Shown here piece after piece: positions 46,502-49,950 of a DNA stretch of 49,950 bases. The stretch is from IMG/VR virus record IMGVR_UViG_3300027986_000003, positions 1-49,950 of that record. The stretch is one strand, 5' to 3'. Below the pieces are notes generated by a model that was not told the origin of the DNA, did not search any database, and worked only from the letters and a program-made list of their open reading frames with translations. The position numbers were made by a program, and so were the translations under genes. How positions within the stretch are numbered: position 1 is the first letter of the stretch; each line of letters starts with the position of its first letter. Source of the DNA: a virus. Lineage: Duplodnaviria > Caudoviricetes.

Positions 46502-47415
46502 AGTTAACTCTCCTACAGATGACACAGGACATTCTATCTAGTATGTCCTCAGATGAAGTCAATAGTATCTCTGATAATGCAGAGTCGTTACAAGTAGCGA
46601 CAATCATTAAACAGAAGTACTTTGATATTATCAATAGGCTTGGTCTTCCAAGGAATTATCAGCTTATTCAGCTAGAGTCCAGTCAAGACAATACTAAGCC
46701 AACGCTTATGTATGTTCCTAATGGTGTCTCAGATATCAAATGGGTTAAGTATTTTGATAGTAATCCTCAGGATGGCAATACTTCAGATACGTTCGCTCAC
46801 GATCTTAATACAGACCTGCATTCTCTAACAAACGCAGGCGTAGCCCCTCCGGGTTATCTCTATGTGACGGTACTTCCTAATGATGAATTCATTGATATGG
46901 TATCTGCATTTAGCACTGTTGATTCCAACGTCTTTACTTATACTCTTTCAGATACTAGTAATGGGTTTAATGGAAACTTCAAGATTAATTATAGGAACGA
47001 CAGGCAGCCTACATACTGTACAGTGATATCAAACTTCTATGTCTTATTTGATGGATTTGATAGTTCAATAGATAGTACTCTCCAGAGTAGCAAGTCTATG
47101 TGTCTGGCTTCAGTCATTCCTACCTTCCAGATGGTTGATACCTTCATTCCTGATTTAGAGGAAGAAGAATTTCCATTACTTCTGAATGAAGCGAAATCAT
47201 TGGCATGGATGGAGATAAAACAACAGGCTCATCCATTAGCTGTTCAAGAAGGTAAGCGTGGTTGGACTAATATCCAGAAGAAGAAGGCTGTTATCAACCG
47301 TCCTACTTACTTCGATGAGCTTCCGGGTTTTGGGCGTAAGCGTGGATACTATGGCTTCCGTGGTGGAACGTATGTCGGAATGAACCAATATAACTATCGC
47401 GGTGGATTATACTAA
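46498..47415 (+). CDS. Tail tubular protein A / adaptor (T7 gp11-like)
   Basis: TLLQMTQDILSSMSSDEVNSISD..ES.QVA N-terminus typical of this family. Confidence 0.75.
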   Translation: MKLTLLQMTQDILSSMSSDEVNSISDNAESLQVATIIKQKYFDIINRLGLPRNYQLIQLESSQDNTKPTLMYVPNGVSDIKWVKYFDSNPQDGNTSDTFAHDLNTDLHSLTNAGVAPPGYLYVTVLPNDEFIDMVSAFSTVDSNVFTYTLSDTSNGFNGNFKINYRNDRQPTYCTVISNFYVLFDGFDSSIDSTLQSSKSMCLASVIPTFQMVDTFIPDLEEEEFPLLLNEAKSLAWMEIKQQAHPLAVQEGKRGWTNIQKKKAVINRPTYFDELPGFGRKRGYYGFRGGTYVGMNQYNYRGGLY

Positions 47416-47738
47416 TGCCTATTAACTATACAAGCCGTGTTTCAGAAGAAAGCAAGATGCGGTCGCCAGACCGTATTCTTGTTTTAAAACCTATAGAAGG
47501 CAAGAAGCCTCTAGATTCTGGAATGCGTGTCGACCCTAGACTATTTAAAGAAGGAGACGACACTAATCGTCTTCATGGGGTCATGGATTTAGAAACAAGT
47601 CTGTGGTCTCTTAAATATGAGAAGGGTTCAGTTCCTCCTGCACTGTCTGGTAAGTTCACAGGATTTAAACAACTTCTTGATGCAGCTACAAGTTATTACA
47701 ACCAACGTAATATAGAAATCACACAAGTTAAAGACTGA
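47415..47738 (+). CDS. Hypothetical protein
   Basis: 107 aa, coupled between the tail genes. Confidence 0.65.
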   Translation: MPINYTSRVSEESKMRSPDRILVLKPIEGKKPLDSGMRVDPRLFKEGDDTNRLHGVMDLETSLWSLKYEKGSVPPALSGKFTGFKQLLDAATSYYNQRNIEITQVKD

Positions 47739-49950
47739 TGCCTGCTCAGGTTATTACCAGCGTAGAAAATAACTTTACTAAAGGTTTAATCACCGAAGCT
47801 ACAGGGCTTAACTTCCCTGAGAACGCTGCTACATCTGCTACTAACTGTACATTTACTCTTATTGGGGATGTCATTAGAAGGGAAGGTATAAACGAAGAGC
47901 TTAACGGCACTACTGTTAATATCAACAGAGCGCTGTCAGCTATGACTTCGTATGTCTGGAATAATCCCGGCGGTGACGGTAATTCTAAACTCTTAGTTAA
48001 GCAAGTTGGTAAAACTCTTTACTTTTATAACATAGCTACGTCAACTATAGCTTCTCCGTTAAGTACTCAACAACTAGCCCAAACTGTTGACTTATCTTTA
48101 AATACTGTCTCCGGCTCTTCCTTTGATATTTCTAAAGAAGCTGCCTTTGCTGATGGTAATGGATATTTAATTGTATATCATCCGAGTTGTGAACCGGGGT
48201 ATATCTTATATAATCCCGGTACTCAGTCTGTTTCACTTAATCAAATCAATGTTCAGATAAGAGACTTTCAGGGTCTTAATGATGGTCTTGCTGTTAACAC
48301 CCGACCGTTGACGTTAACCAACGAACATAATTATAACATTCAAAACCAAGGATGGACATCAGGTAATACTTGGGCAACTGCTAGTGTCAGTTCTGTAAAT
48401 ATATCTTCTACTACTAATTATATTTTTACTGTACCTAGTGGTATATCTGGAATAAGCAATGGTCAGACTTGTACGATGCAAACTACAAGTACGATACTCC
48501 ATCGTGACCCAGCTAATGGTAATCCAACCTTTTTAACAAACATAACTGTTAATGCAACAGGAACAGTGGTTTCTTATTCAGGAACTTCTTTAACTATTAA
48601 CGTCTTTACTTTTTCGTATACAGGCGCAAGTCCTTATTACGCTAACCCAAATAATCACGGCGGCCCGGGCAATGAAGTCCTGTTGTTTGGAAGTCCCCAG
48701 TGGATATTTATCGACTATACTCCTTGGAGTATAGCTTCTGTTAATACCAATAACATCTCTACTTGGTTCTCTGCGGAGTCTAATTACCCAAGTAATGCGG
48801 ATGTGTGGTGGTATTTTAAAGACAATACAGGGACATTTGCTCCCGGTTCGACACAACCTAGTGTTACATTAGCTACTGGAAATGCCCCGCAAGGACATTT
48901 TATCCTACCTGCATTTAATATGAATAGAACTGCAGTATCTGGTATTTCTAATCTAACTACGGTATCAACTACAGTACGTCCTAATACAGGCTGTTGGTTT
49001 CAAGGGCGAGTCTGGTATACAGGAGTATCAGCTTCACAAGCCAGTATTGGCGATGCCCAATATTATACGTGGACTGAGAATATATATTATTCAACTACGA
49101 TTACGTCCATTAATGATTTCGGAATATGCTATCAACAGAATGACCCAACGTCAGAAAATCTAAACGGAGAACTTCCTACAGATGGTGGTGTCCTTCAGGT
49201 TGTAGGTTCAGGTACGATACATAAATTATTTCCTATCGCTAACGGTTTACTTGTCTTTGCTAACAACGGAGTGTGGTTTATAACGGGTAGCCAAGGCATT
49301 GGCTTTGCCAGTAATGACTTTACCATTACGCAGTTATCGAAGATTAAATGTCTATCAAGACATTCATTTATAGATGTCAACGGTTTACCGTTCTTTTGGA
49401 ATGAAGAAGGTATTTATCAAGTCATGCCACAACAGGGTGGACAACTTGCAGTAGAGCCTATTACGGTTGGAACTATTCTTTCCTTTTATAATAACATTCC
49501 TCTAGCAAGTAAGAAATACGCCAGAGGTAGTTACGATCCTATTAATTATACAATCCAATGGTGTTATCGCTCTACTATAGAGTCCTCTACAACCGATCGG
49601 TATCAGTTTGATAGTATTTTAAATTTTAATACGTATAATAAAGCATTCTTTCCATATACTGTATCGGCAGGACCTAATACAAATTTTATCCATGATGTTG
49701 TATATATCTCATATCCATTTATAAGTAATGCTACGCCTGAACCTGATTTTAAATATCCTACGTCTTCATTAATATCCGACAATTATTTACATACTTTTGC
49801 TGAAGAATATGATACTAATTATGTCGATTGGGGTTCTGTCAACTATACGTCACAGTTTATTACTGGATATAAGCTTCATGGACAAGGGTTGATGAAAGTT
49901 CAAGTGCCTTATATTTATACGTATTCACGTACAAATCAAGGCTATCAGGC
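47738..49950 (+). CDS. Tail tubular protein B / stabilisation protein (about 812 aa with the continuation to 299)
   Basis: ATG at 47738, NNFTKGLITEA..LNFPE start; frame stays open to the window end and joins ORF 12..299. Confidence 0.8.
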   Translation, partial: MPAQVITSVENNFTKGLITEATGLNFPENAATSATNCTFTLIGDVIRREGINEELNGTTVNINRALSAMTSYVWNNPGGDGNSKLLVKQVGKTLYFYNIATSTIASPLSTQQLAQTVDLSLNTVSGSSFDISKEAAFADGNGYLIVYHPSCEPGYILYNPGTQSVSLNQINVQIRDFQGLNDGLAVNTRPLTLTNEHNYNIQNQGWTSGNTWATASVSSVNISSTTNYIFTVPSGISGISNGQTCTMQTTSTILHRDPANGNPTFLTNITVNATGTVVSYSGTSLTINVFTFSYTGASPYYANPNNHGGPGNEVLLFGSPQWIFIDYTPWSIASVNTNNISTWFSAESNYPSNADVWWYFKDNTGTFAPGSTQPSVTLATGNAPQGHFILPAFNMNRTAVSGISNLTTVSTTVRPNTGCWFQGRVWYTGVSASQASIGDAQYYTWTENIYYSTTITSINDFGICYQQNDPTSENLNGELPTDGGVLQVVGSGTIHKLFPIANGLLVFANNGVWFITGSQGIGFASNDFTITQLSKIKCLSRHSFIDVNGLPFFWNEEGIYQVMPQQGGQLAVEPITVGTILSFYNNIPLASKKYARGSYDPINYTIQWCYRSTIESSTTDRYQFDSILNFNTYNKAFFPYTVSAGPNTNFIHDVVYISYPFISNATPEPDFKYPTSSLISDNYLHTFAEEYDTNYVDWGSVNYTSQFITGYKLHGQGLMKVQVPYIYTYSRTNQGYQ
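49878..49950 (+). repeat. Terminal direct repeat (assembly overlap), right copy
   Basis: Identical to bases 1-73. Confidence 0.97.

Noticed and set aside
49878-49950. 73-bp terminal repeat as a biological direct terminal repeat
   Set aside because: It falls inside a tail gene whose frame continues across it, so it is best explained as assembler overlap.

Overview
The window is a complete, circularly permuted genome of a podovirus-like dsDNA phage (about 49.9 kb). Bases 1-73 repeat exactly at 49878-49950, and a tail gene reads across that join. There are two gene arms. The minus-strand early/replication arm (about 31440 to 9700) encodes a primase-helicase, family A DNA polymerase, SSB, PD-(D/E)XK exonuclease, metallophosphoesterase, several homing-type endonucleases, degenerate GATase-II-like and GGCT-like genes and tRNA-Leu(TAA). 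The plus-strand morphogenesis arm (about 31550 to 9543, across the join) encodes a beta-helix protein, terminase, portal, scaffold, capsid, fibres, GH108 endolysin, tail tube proteins and internal virion proteins. The arms converge on a terminator at about 9600. I recognise no RNA polymerase or integrase. The layout resembles Zobellviridae/SIO1-like lytic phages, and a Rhizobiales-type alphaproteobacterial host is inferred, not shown. The most striking feature is a ~1.65 kb region without credible ORFs (about 13441-15090). It has a candidate promoter, many local and long-range helices and a nested tRNA-like domain with a D-loop insertion, so it is a candidate giant structured ncRNA, followed by a gene for a basic membrane-anchored protein. 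Also notable are PhaR-box-like palindromes around the early promoters, an antisense promoter, paired active-site substitutions in the polymerase and a set of K/R-rich microproteins. All calls are by eye; no searches or folding programs were run.
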